A DNA stretch of 64,000 nucleotides from Phaeosaccion multiseriatum (Eukaryota; Protista; Ochrophyta, other classes). The stretch lies in assembly GCA_965112735.1 (NCBI GenBank), contig OZ218961.1, positions 1,674,001-1,738,000 on the forward strand, written 5' to 3'. Positions 12,608 to 24,401 of this stretch are shown here, in pieces. The notes under the pieces were generated by a model that was not told the origin of the DNA, made no database searches, and saw nothing but the letters and a program-made list of their open reading frames with translations. The position numbers and the translations under genes were made by a program. The number at the start of each line of letters is the position of its first letter. The stretch's first letter is position 1.

Positions 12608-13055
12608 TGTTGGAAGGCCCCGGGATAGGCATTGGGGATGTTGGAAGGCCTCAGATTAGATGGGCCATAAGTCAATGGCCCAGGCCCAGGCAGATACGGT
12701 GAGAGCGGGTGGCGTGGCTCTCACTACCCTATGTGCGAAGGTGGTCGTTTAGGACTAGCATGCGATAAGTGATAGAGGCAAGCTGGCTGCTAGGCTGGCT
12801 TTGGGGTTGTAAAACGACATGCGCACGTAAAACGATATCTGTAGGCGACAGCGCATGTCGTTTTACGTGCGCATGTCGTTTTACAACCCCAAAGCCAGCC
12901 TAGCAGCCAGCCTTGCCTCTATTACTTATCGCATGCTAGTCCTAAACGACCACCTTCGCACATAGGATAGTGAGAGCCACGCCACCCGCTCTCACCGTAT
13001 CTGCCTGGGCCTGGGCCATTGACTTATGGCCCATCTAATCTGAGGCCTTCCAACA
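12608..13055. mobile_element. Palindromic foldback/MITE-like element, ~200-bp inverted arms, TGTTGGAAGG...CCTTCCAACA, 4-bp TSD CTAT
   Basis: 12639-12838 is the near-perfect reverse complement of 12855-13055; CTAT at 12604-12607 and 13056-13059; a third direct copy of the arm lies at ~13097-13268. Confidence 0.8.
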
Positions 13056-13949
13056 CTATTGGGGATGTTGGAAGGCCCCGGGATAGGCACTGGGGATGTT
13101 GGAAGGCACAGATTAGATGGGCCATAAGTCAATGGCCCAGGCCCAGGCAGATACGGTGAGAACGGGTGGCGTGGCTCTCACTATCCTATGTGCGAAGGTG
13201 GTCGTTTAGGGCTAGCATGCGATAAGCTGATAGAGGCAAGGCTGGCTGCTAGGCTGGCTTTGGGGTTGCTGTTACCTTGTCCTTTTTTCTTTTCTTTCCC
13301 ATTTACATTTATTACTACGAAGTAGCTATAATGTAATGTGAGTCTTGTTTCAGAATTGCATAATGCTCTGCGTTTTTCACACCTCCATGCTGCGCCTGGT
13401 AGTCCGGCAGGGAAGGCTACGGTAGCACGACAATAAACGGGCCTACCCAAGGATCGCGCAAAGCTTTGCGGACCCCCGCCTGCTGACCATGCATCCATCA
13501 CCTCTGTCTGCTTCTCCCCGTCGATACCCGGTCGATAAACCCACGCGGCTCCCCGGCTGGAAGGGAGCCGGCCAGCGCCGCTCTCGATTCTTCAGCTGCA
13601 TGAAGCCGACTGTGGTCCTCGCTACTGTGGGGCCGCTACCTCCCTCTGCCTAAGAGTAGGAAGGCACCCCCAAGCTGAGCGCTGCGTTCGAGGTCCCAAT
13701 AGGGGAGAGAAGAGACCAATGCTGGCACCAAGTATATTGATACAGAGACTATCCCACCCTAAGACCCTGGACAGCCTCCTTGTTTAAAGGAGAGCCATCC
13801 ACTTGGTCTATACGGGTTCAGGAGTGCCGAGGGGCCAACCAGGCCCTCAAAAAGGCCGCGTCCCACATCATTGACTTACTACCCTGCCTACCTAATAATA
13901 CGTAATTGAGCCTGTTCCACCTCCACCACACTACGCCGACCGCGTTGAC

Positions 13950-14440
13950 CACGTGCACTGCCGCGCTCAGACGCGCACGCCGTTCATGCACCCATGCCGA
14001 TGCCGACTTGAACGACCCATCCTCCTCCAAGCAATGCTGGTAGCATCGCTTGCAAGGGCACTGGTTGGTGACGCCCAAACAGTGCATAGGTGACAATTTT
14101 TGTAGGCATACGCCAGCGCTGGGACATACTCTGGTCACTGCTGAATCTGGGCTTCCACCATAGTCGCCGGCATATCCTTGAAGTTGGCCATGAATCGCTC
14201 CACCTGACCTGCTGGTGCATAGGCGTAGTGAAGACTTGTGATGACCGCAAGACTCGAAGCACATCGCCCAGAAGCGCGCTCGTGAACTGGGAGCCTGGGT
14301 CGCTCACTAGCACTCGTGGTGCACCCAACACGGTGACTACATGCCGTACAAATACCCGAGCAATATGCCCTCTGCAGTACAGTCCTTCGCACTCATGGGA
14401 ATGACCACCGTCCACTTGGTAAACCAGGCTGGGAGCTGCC
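13950..14440 (-). pseudogene. Gypsy integrase core relic
   Basis: Frameshifted FTKWTVVIPM..TAE, IARVFVRHVVTVLGAPRVLVSDPGSQFTS, GQVERF. Confidence 0.8.
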
Positions 14441-14499
14441 TCCCCTCCTTGCAGCTCCACTCCGCGTCCGTGGCCACCACCGTAGCCCGCCGCAGTACC

Positions 14500-17215
14500 T
14501 CCGACATCTGCAACACCTGTGCCTCCGTGTTCACATCGCTCCCAGGACACGGCGCTGGTGAACGGCGCCAGCTGCGCCCACTCCGCGATCACCTGCTTCG
14601 GATCTTGACAGTCCTCCTGCACAGCGGCCGAGGAGGCCAGCGTGGCGCTGCGCTGCTTGTCAGCGTGCTGGGCACCCTGACAAGCGTCATTCGCCTTAGC
14701 AAGGGCCTCCTCCACAGTCTTGGCATCATTCGCCGCCGCCTTTCCTAAAACCCGACCCGCTCCGAAGCTTGCCATGAGCAGCTCCACCCTGGACTTGAGG
14801 CTCTGCAGTCGGAGTAACGCCTTCTCCAACAGCTGAGTGAGGGAGGCGTCTTCTCTCCTCGCGGTATCCGCCCTTCGTGCAGCCTCCGCCAGGCCCGTCT
14901 CGGCCTTCTGCACCACCGCTTCGACCGCATTGATATGCTTGGACAGTTTGGTGTGGAACATAGCCGTTGACTCCCGCATCGCCCGCTCCCCCGCCCCCGC
15001 ACCTCCTCGTCCCCTCGCTCCTCTTCCTCCTTCCTCCTCTTATCCTCCCCCCACTCCCACCACCTGGGGCTCACTCTCGAGTTCCGGGTGAGGTGATCAA
15101 GCGTGGCATTGGCCTCGGTAAGGGCAAGCTCCGAGGTGGCATGGAACCCCGACTGGTGCTGACCGGAGATCGTCTGCCTCTGACCAGAGCGGGGAGGGGT
15201 GGACCTGTCCCCACCCAACCCACCCCCAACTCCCTTGTGTTGCACCTACCTTGCCACAGAGGGTCTCTTGGACAAGGCCATGGATCTCCTCCTCGACGAG
15301 CTCCAAAGCTTCTCCGCCCCCTCCGCCGCTCCCGTCGCCAGGACCAGAGCCTCCTCCGCCGCTCGCACCTCCCTCTCTGCCCCCACCACCGCCTCCCGCA
15401 GCGCGCTGGCAGTCATGGTGATACTACTCTAACTGTCGTCGTCGCCGTCGCCATTGCTGCTACTAACTACTCTTGTCGGTGGTGGTGCTGCTGCTGCCAG
15501 CCTGTGCCACCGCAGCAGCTGCCCTTGAGACGGCCGAGGAGGCGGAGAGGAGCGGAGCAGCCATCATGAGCGACACCATCTTGGCTCCCGTGTCAGCGCC
15601 GTGGTCGAGGTGCCTCCACACGCCGCTGCAGCCCCGCGATAGCCACGTGTGCTGTGCGCATCTCTTGCTCGATAAGCCTCGCGACGGGCCTTGCCTGGTG
15701 GGGGTTGGGGGGGGGGAGAGAAGGGGATGCGTGTGTGCGTGAGTGTGTCAGTACGTGAAGCAAACACGCATTGAGACAATACTGCACCCATCCAACCATC
15801 CATCAATCGCTATCCCACCTCACCCAACCCAATCGCATCATCCTAATGCCCTCCTTCCAGTCGCTCGTTTCTTCCCACCACCGCACCTGCTCTGAGCTCC
15901 CCCTCGTATCTCTCAACAGCGGCGATGGCTTCCTTGGTGCGAAGCTTGCGAGAAGAGGCCGTTTGCACGCAGGCGGAGCCACTCTCCTCTCCCGCTAGCC
16001 CTCGCCCGGTGATGGCCTGGGGAGAGCGAGGGAGCGAGGGAAGGAGGGGGAGAGCGAGGCAGGAACGGAGGAGGGGGTGAGGGAGGGAGTGAGGGAGAGC
16101 GGGCCAGAACGCGGCAAGTCATGTCGTAGTGAAGGTATATAGTGTGAGTATAAACCACAGAGTTTGGGGTACATGGTATTGGGAATAGGGTAAGGTACTG
16201 GGAACACGGTGCGGTAGGTGAGTGCAACCCCCACCTCTCCCTCCCTCCCTCCATCTCACCTCCCTCGCAGCCTTGACCGCAGCATCGGCGTTGCTCACCG
16301 CCCGAGCAATGCCCTCCTCCTCACTCAGCCCGACCAGCAGCTTATTGCTCTTGATGGCCAGCAGCTTATTGCTCGCAGCAGGCTCCAACAGATCCAGCTC
16401 CTGCTTCCTCTCCCGATCTTCCACCGCCCTCTGGGCCTTCACCATTTCAAAAACTTCTCTCAGGCGATGGCTGAGTGACAGCGCCACCTGTACCCTCCCC
16501 TCAACCTCGTCGAGAGAGCAAGGAGGAAGGAGGAGGAGGAGGAGGAGGAGGAGGAGGAGGAGGAGGAGGAGGAGGAGGAGGAGGAGGAGGAGGAGCAGCA
16601 GGAGGAGGAGCAGGAGGAGGAGGAGCTGTACCCGTCAGCGTCGGGGTAGGAGGAGTCGAACTCGAGGGAGCAGGAAGGGTCACAGGTGGCGCCTTTGAGG
16701 GCCTCTCCGACGGCAGCTTGAAATCGATGAAGGGCTTGGACGAGGGAGGGCACGTCGTCCAGCTGCTGCTCGATGGCCTGTTGGCGTTTGGTGATGGTGT
16801 TAGCGTTGGTGTTATTGGGGTGGGTACATAAGAGAGAATGTAGAGAGAGAGGGGGAGGGGGGGGGGGAGAGACAAAGACAAACAAGTAGATTGATAGAGA
16901 AACACATGAAGTTCCCGTTTTAAGAATATGTAGGATAGAAACCTTACCTTGCGTAAAACACCCCTCAGCTGCCGTCCACCCCCCCTCACCCACCCCTCTG
17001 CTGCCATCCACCCCCCCCTCACCCACCCACCTGCTGCCTGACAGCCACCACCTCCCTCTCTGTGCTGTGCAGGGTCTGCAAGCGGTCCTTCCTAAGCGTC
17101 TCCTCCTCGATCCTCATCTCCTCCGCCTCACATGCCTCGCGAGCCTCCTCCAGTAGCCGTGCCGCCTCCGCTACCGCCCCTGCATACGTCTCCACCGCGT
17201 GCCCTGCTAGAACCT
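14500..17215 (-). pseudogene. Fragmented, intron-containing coiled-coil host-like gene embedded between Gypsy pol relics
   Basis: Several Ala/Glu/Leu-rich helical exon-like segments bounded by GT/AG sites; no continuous frame could be reconstructed. Confidence 0.4.
16530..16624 (+). repeat. (GGA)n trinucleotide microsatellite
   Basis: Directly visible. Confidence 0.95.
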
Positions 17216-17849
17216 GTTTTAGGATTCAGAGGGAGGGAGGGTTAGGGTTAGGGTTAGGTAGGAGAGGGAGTGAATCTCCTTTTTCTCCTTCATTCATTCT
17301 CCCTTTCTCTTCGTTCGTGAGTGGCATTCACCTCCACACCCATATGCCCTGCCCTGCCGTGCCCTGTCCCAGCACAAAACCCTCTGAGCCCCTGAGCCGC
17401 TACCTGCGTGGCCGTAGCGACAGCCGCACGGGCCCTTCCGTTGACATCCGCCCCCGCCGGAGTACACAGCACCACAATAACGGTTGCCGCTGCTGTCCTG
17501 CAGAGAAGGAGCCGCTGCCAGGCTGTCCAACACACTCGCACCGAAGCTCAGCTTACCCTTGAGCCCTGCCCTTGCCTCCTCCACTTGGTTCCTCTCTGTT
17601 GAGGCGGCGCATGCTCTACCACCACTGGTTCCCAGCCACACACCCTCATCCGCGCCTGATGCTGAGCACGCGGGCTGCTGGGGAGCCGCTCCCCCTCCAC
17701 TACCGCACCACCCACTCGTAAGGCCTGAAGGCCCTACTGCTGCTGCCGCTGGAGAGCGGCGGCGTCCAAGCACTCCTGCGGCAGGGGCTGATACCCAACC
17801 GCCTCACCTTGGAGCTACTACTGCGCCGCCACCACAGGACGCAAGGCAG

Positions 17850-18770
17850 CGCCTTCCACACCATCCTCCCACGCGCACGCACAGTCCGCTCCCACGAAGT
17901 CGACCATCTCCACTGCCACCACAGTGGCGTGGCACCATTCCTGCACCGGCAAGGGGTTGCGGGACAAGCAATCAGGCACCACCATCTCCCTACCGGGCTT
18001 ATGGACGAACTGCAGGTGGTGATCCGAGAGACGTTCACACCAACGCAACAGTTTGGAGTTGGTGTCCTTATGCTTGGAGAGCCACAACAAGGGTTGGTGA
18101 TCCATGACAACGGTGCAGGGATGGTGGCAGATGTACATGCTCAGCTTGCGCACACGCCTCACCCCCTCTCCAGCCAGCTCTGTGCTACCAAAGCCGTGCT
18201 TCCGCAGGAGTAGTCGCCCGACTGACAAAGGTGGCCACGCGCTCCACCCAGTCGGCATCGCGCTGCGAGAACACACCGCCCAGCCCCTCCGTCGATGCGT
18301 CCGTGCTCAGCTTGAAGTCTGACTGGGGCCGGTAGCGTGGAAATGTCAACAGCGGAGAATGCAACAAGTTGTGAATAAGCCCGCCCCTCCCATGCATTGT
18401 CGTGCTGCTGCCCCCACACCGCACTCACGTCCATACCTTTCCGCAAGAGCGCATTAAGTGGTTAGCTTGGGGAATGGCGGTCAGTACCGATGAGATAGTC
18501 GATGGATAGCGGCCGATACCGTCGGGGATGATGTTCTTCACCCGTACGACGTGACGTGCTCTACGTCGAGGCTGCACTGCGCCCCCACCTCCAAGAGGCC
18601 CACCAACCCCGCCAGACCATTGGAGATGTCACTGTTGGCAGCGCCCTGGTTTTCAATCCACGAGAGGGAGCTGGCATTGTCCCCCCTGGCCAGGACGCCG
18701 GCGAGCGAGACAGAAAGCGTCTGGGTCGTGTAGCCAAAAGGTGCAGATCCCCAACACAATCACTGCTATC
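17850..18770 (-). pseudogene. Gypsy RT/RNase H relic
   Basis: APFG...SWIEN (RT core), LRKGMDVSAVWGQQHDNAW (connection), STDASTEGLGGVFSQ and DHQPLLWL..KLLRW..HKPGREMVVPDCLSR (RNase H), in different frames. Confidence 0.85.
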
Positions 18771-19449
18771 TCATGGAGATGAGCTGTGGTGATGCCCCCC
18801 TCTGATGTCAAAGATCGCCGCCGCCGTCGGAGAGCCCCAGTTTGCCGCCTTAATGGAGGGAAAAGGGAGGGAATGTCGCAGCACGGCGGGACGACAATCT
18901 CCGCAGGGAGGGGTGTAGCAAGGATAACGGCGATGATGCTCTGGGCCCGCACGGAGGAGAAGGCGGGAGAAGAGCAGGGGCCGAAGGCACAGCAGGGATC
19001 AGCCAAGCAAAGGTGACCTGACCACCGAGCCAATGATAGAGCAGAAGAAGGACCAGAGCGCGCCACTGCAGAAGTAGTAGACCCCGTTGAAGGCAGAGAA
19101 GGCGTCCGTCTTGGAGATCAAAATGTCCCACTCCGCTGGCGGAAGAGAGATATTCAGCAGGTTGTAAATCTGCGTGATGATTTCTAGCAAGGCGTTCCCG
19201 CCGCCCCATCATGTTGTTGACGAGGCGCGTCTTGTCCGTCTGGCTGTTGGAAGTGGGCTCGCCGTGGATGGAGCAGGTGGGGTCCAGTAGCTGGCGTAAC
19301 TTGCCGTTCACCTTGAGGATGGCGCTGAAGAAGCAAGGAGGGCCAAAATTGGAAGAAAAAAAATCATTCCCACCGAAAGCGACACAGCAAGCAATGCTTT
19401 AGGTACCTGCAGCCGCGCTGGCGCGCGGCCGCCATGGCTTCCAAGGCGA

Positions 19450-21100
19450 GTGCATGATCAATTCCTCCCCGTTGAGTGCGGTAGGCAAGGCGCCGGGGCG
19501 AGGTGACTGCAGAAAACTCCCCAGGTACGGTGGCCCCCTTCGTGGTGATCTCCCCCAGCTCTATCCACAGCGGCACTCGCTCCTTGGAAGACAGCACGAA
19601 TGCGGTCCCCGTGGAAGTAGTCGGGGGCAAAGGGACTGCCGATCTACTCCACGTAAGCCCCCAAGTCGCCGTGGAATGCCGCCAGGCCTTGGTCTTGAAG
19701 CTTGACCACACGCCTCCAACTCCCCCTGGCTGCTGCCCGACGCTGACTCGCTCAGGAAAGTCTGCTCGACCCATGTTGGGTATGCCTGCGCGCGGTACAA
19801 GTCCCCTTCCGGGGGCCTCGTAGCCTCCCGCGGGTGGAGGTCCCTCCTCACCACTCGCTGATGGCACCGTAGAGGGCGCTGCGGTGCCAGCGCCCGCGCC
19901 CCCTCAGTGCCACCAGGGCACGCCCGGGAGGTCCAGCTGCTGGGCCATGGACTGCGCGTGGGCGCGATCAGCGGGGGAAGGCGTAGTGCTGAGGGTCTTG
20001 AGGGCAGTGTCGGCGTTGCGCTTCTGCTGAAAGGTAACAATGCTGGGAGAGCACGGGGCAGAAGGGCGGTCATGAAGGTGCGCGCCTTCAGGAGACCGAG
20101 GCAGGCCCCGCGGCTGGAAGTGACGCCCACTCCCCTCCATTCACGGGCAGCAAGATGGATACCTTTCGAATGGGCGAGGTGCGTACACACGAGAGGACAG
20201 GCCCCCTTGTTCGCTGCCAGATGCTGACTGCGATAGACGCCCTCCGCTGCCACTTCATGGGAGAGCAGGAGCGGCAGCGAGGGGTTGGAGAGGGGGGCAA
20301 CCTACTCTACGTCGACGAGGTAGGGCAGAGGACGTCTATCACTTCTGAGCAGGTCAGCAGAGCCCTCAAGGTTGGTGCACCAAGGGCCGGGAGGGACCCT
20401 GTCTCGGCCCTGGAAGAGGTTACAGTATTCGCCGACCATAATCAGTAATCAGGCCGGCTGGCGCCAATAATCAGTAATCAGGCCGGCTAGCGCCCGTCAT
20501 AATCAGTAATCAGGCCGGCTGGCGCCGGTCATAATCAGTAATCAGGCCCGGCTGGCGCCATAATCAGTAATCAGGCCGGCTGGCGCCGGCAGTAATCAGT
20601 AATCAGGCCGGCTGCGCCGGCCGTAATCAGTAATCTGATAACCTCTTCCAGGGCCGACCTGTCCAGATCAGTGCTCACTCCCCACGGAGTGGCGGTGCTA
20701 CAGCTCTTGCTGCCAGTGGTGGGGCTGACTGGCGCTCGCTTCAGTTTTGGGGCCGCTGGCCCTCTGCGACAGCTTTCCAGTACTCTCACCGAACGGTCCA
20801 AGAGGCCCTTGGCTGGGCCGGCCGGATGCGAGCAGCGGACACGACACCCCCACAGGTACTCGGATGAAGGGGGGTGAAGCGGAGCATGGGGCGCTCACCA
20901 TGGAGACTCCCCAACCTTCCGCTACATCTGAAGACCAGTGCCCAGCCCCTGATGAGGGCGGCTCTCCTTGGAGATCAATTCGTCTCCGACGGGGGAGCCC
21001 CTCACGGGGCTGCTCTCTTAATGAAGAGTCCTTCCCCCAACATCCCCGACGCCTTTGTTTCCAGGCGTCCCATTCACAACTGGCGACTGCGTGGAGGGGA
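19450..21100 (+). mobile_element. DIRS/Ngaro-like relic: RNase H-like remnant and tyrosine recombinase interrupted by a MITE
   Basis: Removing 20404-20663 restores the frame ..QVSRALKVGAPRAGRDPV|QISAHSPRSGGATALAASGGADWRSLQFWGRWPSATAFQY (HxxR, GRW, catalytic Y) to a stop at 20867. GHGLRVGAI lies upstream. Downstream ctcttaatgaa..cccccaac resembles repeat B. Confidence 0.8.
20404..20657. mobile_element. MITE with perfect 19-bp TIRs, seven internal ~28-33-bp tandem units and 6-bp TSD CCTGTC
   Basis: TCGGCCCTGGAAGAGGTTA...TAACCTCTTCCAGGGCCGA; CCTGTC at 20398-20403 and 20658-20663; unit TAATCAGTAATCAGGCCGGCTGGCGCC. Confidence 0.9.
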
Positions 21101-21599
21101 GTCCTTCCACTTGGTCGCTCACAGGTGGCGACGCGCCGGATGTGGAGGTCCCTCAGTTCTGGCGAACACGGAGAGGAGGGCATGTTTCCCCCCCGGCTCT
21201 CGCTGACGGCTTGAGGAGGCCCCTCGGTGTATTCTCCCCCCCACCCGACCGCCGCGACGGCGCGAAGGCTTGTTCAGCAGCGCAGCAGCGGATCTTCATT
21301 TCTCGCGGAGCAGAGACGAAGGAGTGGGCGGGAGACAGCGAGGGTCCGAGGGGGGGTGCCCCTTCGCGGGTACGGCTCTGATGGGAGTGGCCTCTCCCCT
21401 GGGAAACCCGTATGCTTGCAAACATTATTTTGTTCTCATTTTAGAAGAGGAGATGATGCCTTAGTTTAGATCCTCTTTAATTTCGGTATTTTGGCGGGAG
21501 TTTCTGAGTTGGTTCTCTAAACTTTACAGCTGGCGCGATTGATTTCTCCGACGGCGGGTAACGTTTTCTTCTTTTTGTACAAAGTTCCACTACCGGCTC

Positions 21600-24352
21600 A
21601 TGGCTGAGCCTGGAGTCGGGGAGCTGTCACGCTTGCTGCTGGAGAAGAGGACGCAGAAGAAGCAGATCCAAGAATGGCTGAAGGACTTTGAGGAGAAGAA
21701 TCACAGGCCGGCGAATAATAGGTGTGTAAGAGCTTCTCCCTCTGGCAGTCTCTACCCGATGTCTCAACCCCCTCCTTCGCTCTGCCGCGCCTGCTCCCTC
21801 GTCTACCATGTTTGCGCAGAGACAAGGCTGCGGTTCGAGAGCTGTTCCTCGGCTACAAGCGTGTCTGCTCTAAACTCAAAGCGCTCGATCCAAAGAAAGC
21901 CTCGGAAGTTGTGAAGGAAGAGGAGGAAGGGGGAGAGCCCATTGTAGCTGCTGAACATGGAAATGACGGGGCAGGTGAAGACGGAAGCAATAAAACACAC
22001 TCGGGGCCAGGGAAAAGGGGGGACGACAAAGTGAGGGAAGCTGATTCGGATTATTCAGGCAGCAATCCGGTTCTGAAGGAGGTAGAGCTCGTGGCAGCTG
22101 AACAGGGAAGTGGTGACGCAGGCGAAGGACGAAGCGATGATGCACATTCGGGGGCAGTGGACAGAGGGAGCGACAAAGTGAGAGAGGCTGGTTCTGACGA
22201 TTCAGGTAGCAATCCAATTTTGGGAGAGGGACAACGCGCCTACGAGACTGGACACGTACCCCTCGTCAGTGAGGCGCTTGATCCAAATAGAGCCTCCGAA
22301 GCCGTGAAGGAAGAGGAGACAGAAACATTGCCCGTGGTAGCAACTGAACATAGAAGTGACGAGGCAGGTGAAGAAGGGGGCGATGATGCACACTTGGGGG
22401 CGGGGGGAGGGGAGGGCGACAACGTGAGGGAACCTGATTCTGATGATTCAGTGAGCCATCCAGTTTTGAAGCCCATGGTAGCTGCTGAACATGGAAGTGA
22501 CGAGACAAGCGAAGAAGGGGGTGATGATGCACATTTGGGAGCAAAGGGAGGAGGGAGCGAAAAAGCGAGGGAGTCAGATTCTGATGACGATTCAGGTAGC
22601 AATGAGCAAGGCCCACAACAGCCACGTTCCAACAAGATTGGACATTTGCATATAGTCACGACACCCAGCGAGGAGGCATCTTTGGGGCTACAAGAAGAAC
22701 TAGACGAGCGGGTGGATGGGGGCCTTTCCCTTTCTCTACCTAAGCGTCATGGTGTGGAAGAGGATGCAAAGTCGACCGCCAGTTCGAGAAGCAGCACGAG
22801 CAGGAGCAGCAGGAGCAGCAGTAGCAGAAGAAGAAGAAGAGGAAGCAACAGCGCTAAGCAGGTCGCTTCCAATTGCAGCATTTCGGTTTCCAGTGCTTCC
22901 GATGCACCTGAGGTAGAGGGAAACTCCTCCTCAGGAGAGGAGGATAGCGTGCGGAGCAAGACTCACACACAACGGGACAAGCTGAACGCTTTACGGGAAC
23001 GTTTCTTGGCGGTGAAGGCCCTTGTCACGGAGGACCTGAGTCGTGATGGGGGCTCCTCTCCACACACCAGCCCGAAGGCTACCATGCCAAGGCCGGGAGA
23101 GACGTTGTCACCAGCAGGAGTTCCGGCTCCAGCCAAGAATCGATGGAACCTTTTAAGCAAAGCAGTGAACCCCAATGCGGGTGCCGTCTCACCACCAGTG
23201 AAACGAGAGTCAAAGGTCTTGCAGGAGGGCGGCGAAGACGAGGCTCTCGATCCTGACGACCTGACGCAAGTAGAGCTCCTCTTCGAAGAGGGTCTTCCCC
23301 CGCCCCCGCCTCCTGCTATTTCGGCGAGCGCAGATATTGAAGGGGCCATCCACGACATTGAGATAGAGGCTTTGCCCAACTACACACAAGAGGTGAGGGC
23401 GTTCTTTCGCGTTGTTTCCTTTGGGGAGTGTAGCACACTTCTATTTTGTGGGGAAAGGCTTTTGACTTGTTGCACTCTCCCCTCCCCGTTAAACAGTATG
23501 AGCAGGCTGCTTTGGAATCTGAGCTCGTCGTCTCCTCCGTACCGGTGGAAGACTTAGAACGACGGGAGAGGGAGATTGAGGAGGCCAGATACGCCGCTGC
23601 GCAGCGCGAAGCGGGCTTGTATCGCCGTAGGGAGGCCAACCTTTTGTACAGAGAGGAGGCGGCTCGTCAGGACTTGTCCAGGATGCAGAAAGTCATGCAT
23701 GAAAGGTGCGGGAGGCAACAACATTCATTCGTTTCGCACTGTAGTGGTCATTCCCGCTCACTGATGAACCCCCTTCCCTTTCGTCTCTGTCACTGGGTGC
23801 ACCTTTCGCAGGGTCTTTGAGGATAGGAAATGGACGTCGCACCGTTTCGCGGTGAAAGAGCGGGCCCTTGGGCGCATGTTTCTGCGAGCTAAGCTCAAGT
23901 TAGAGGCCAAGCTTAACGCCCAGCGCTCTTCAATCACAGAGAGGTTCGGCCGAATCGAAGTGGGCGAGGGTGTGGCAGGAAGGCGGTACAACATCAACTG
24001 GAACCATGTGCCCCAGCCCATCGAGGTGCGCATACACATGATTCGCGCAGCGAAGGACAAGCTCCCCAAGGGCAAGTATGTGGTGCTCGTGAGCATGGCG
24101 GAGAGGCTGGGAGGTGGGGTTCTCAAGTGGAGCAAGCACGACCCTGCCTTTCAGACAGCGAACCAGGCGTTGGGGGGGCTTGGGCCGGCTGCCACCGCCC
24201 CAGTGAGGCATGGAGGAAGGTTCTTCGACCGAGAGCTCGACATTCAGCAGAGCGTGTTCCAGGTGAGCGCGGACGCTGGGTTGCTGTAGAGAACAGGACC
24301 TGGGGCATGCAGTCTTACCCCCCCCCCCCTCTCTGTCTCTGCTTCTCTGTCG

Positions 24353-24401
<49 letters not shown>

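Noticed and set aside
17239-17258. (TTAGGG)3 interstitial telomere-like repeat
   Set aside because: Only about three units in a G-rich intron-like tract; insufficient evidence of a telomeric remnant.
20436-20640. CRISPR-like array of ~28-33-bp repeats
   Set aside because: No unique spacers, eukaryotic context, no cas genes; it is the interior of a MITE.
20945-21010. Hammerhead ribozyme at CTGATGA (also checked ~138 and ~40135)
   Set aside because: A hairpin is possible but there is no correctly placed GAAA/stem III core.
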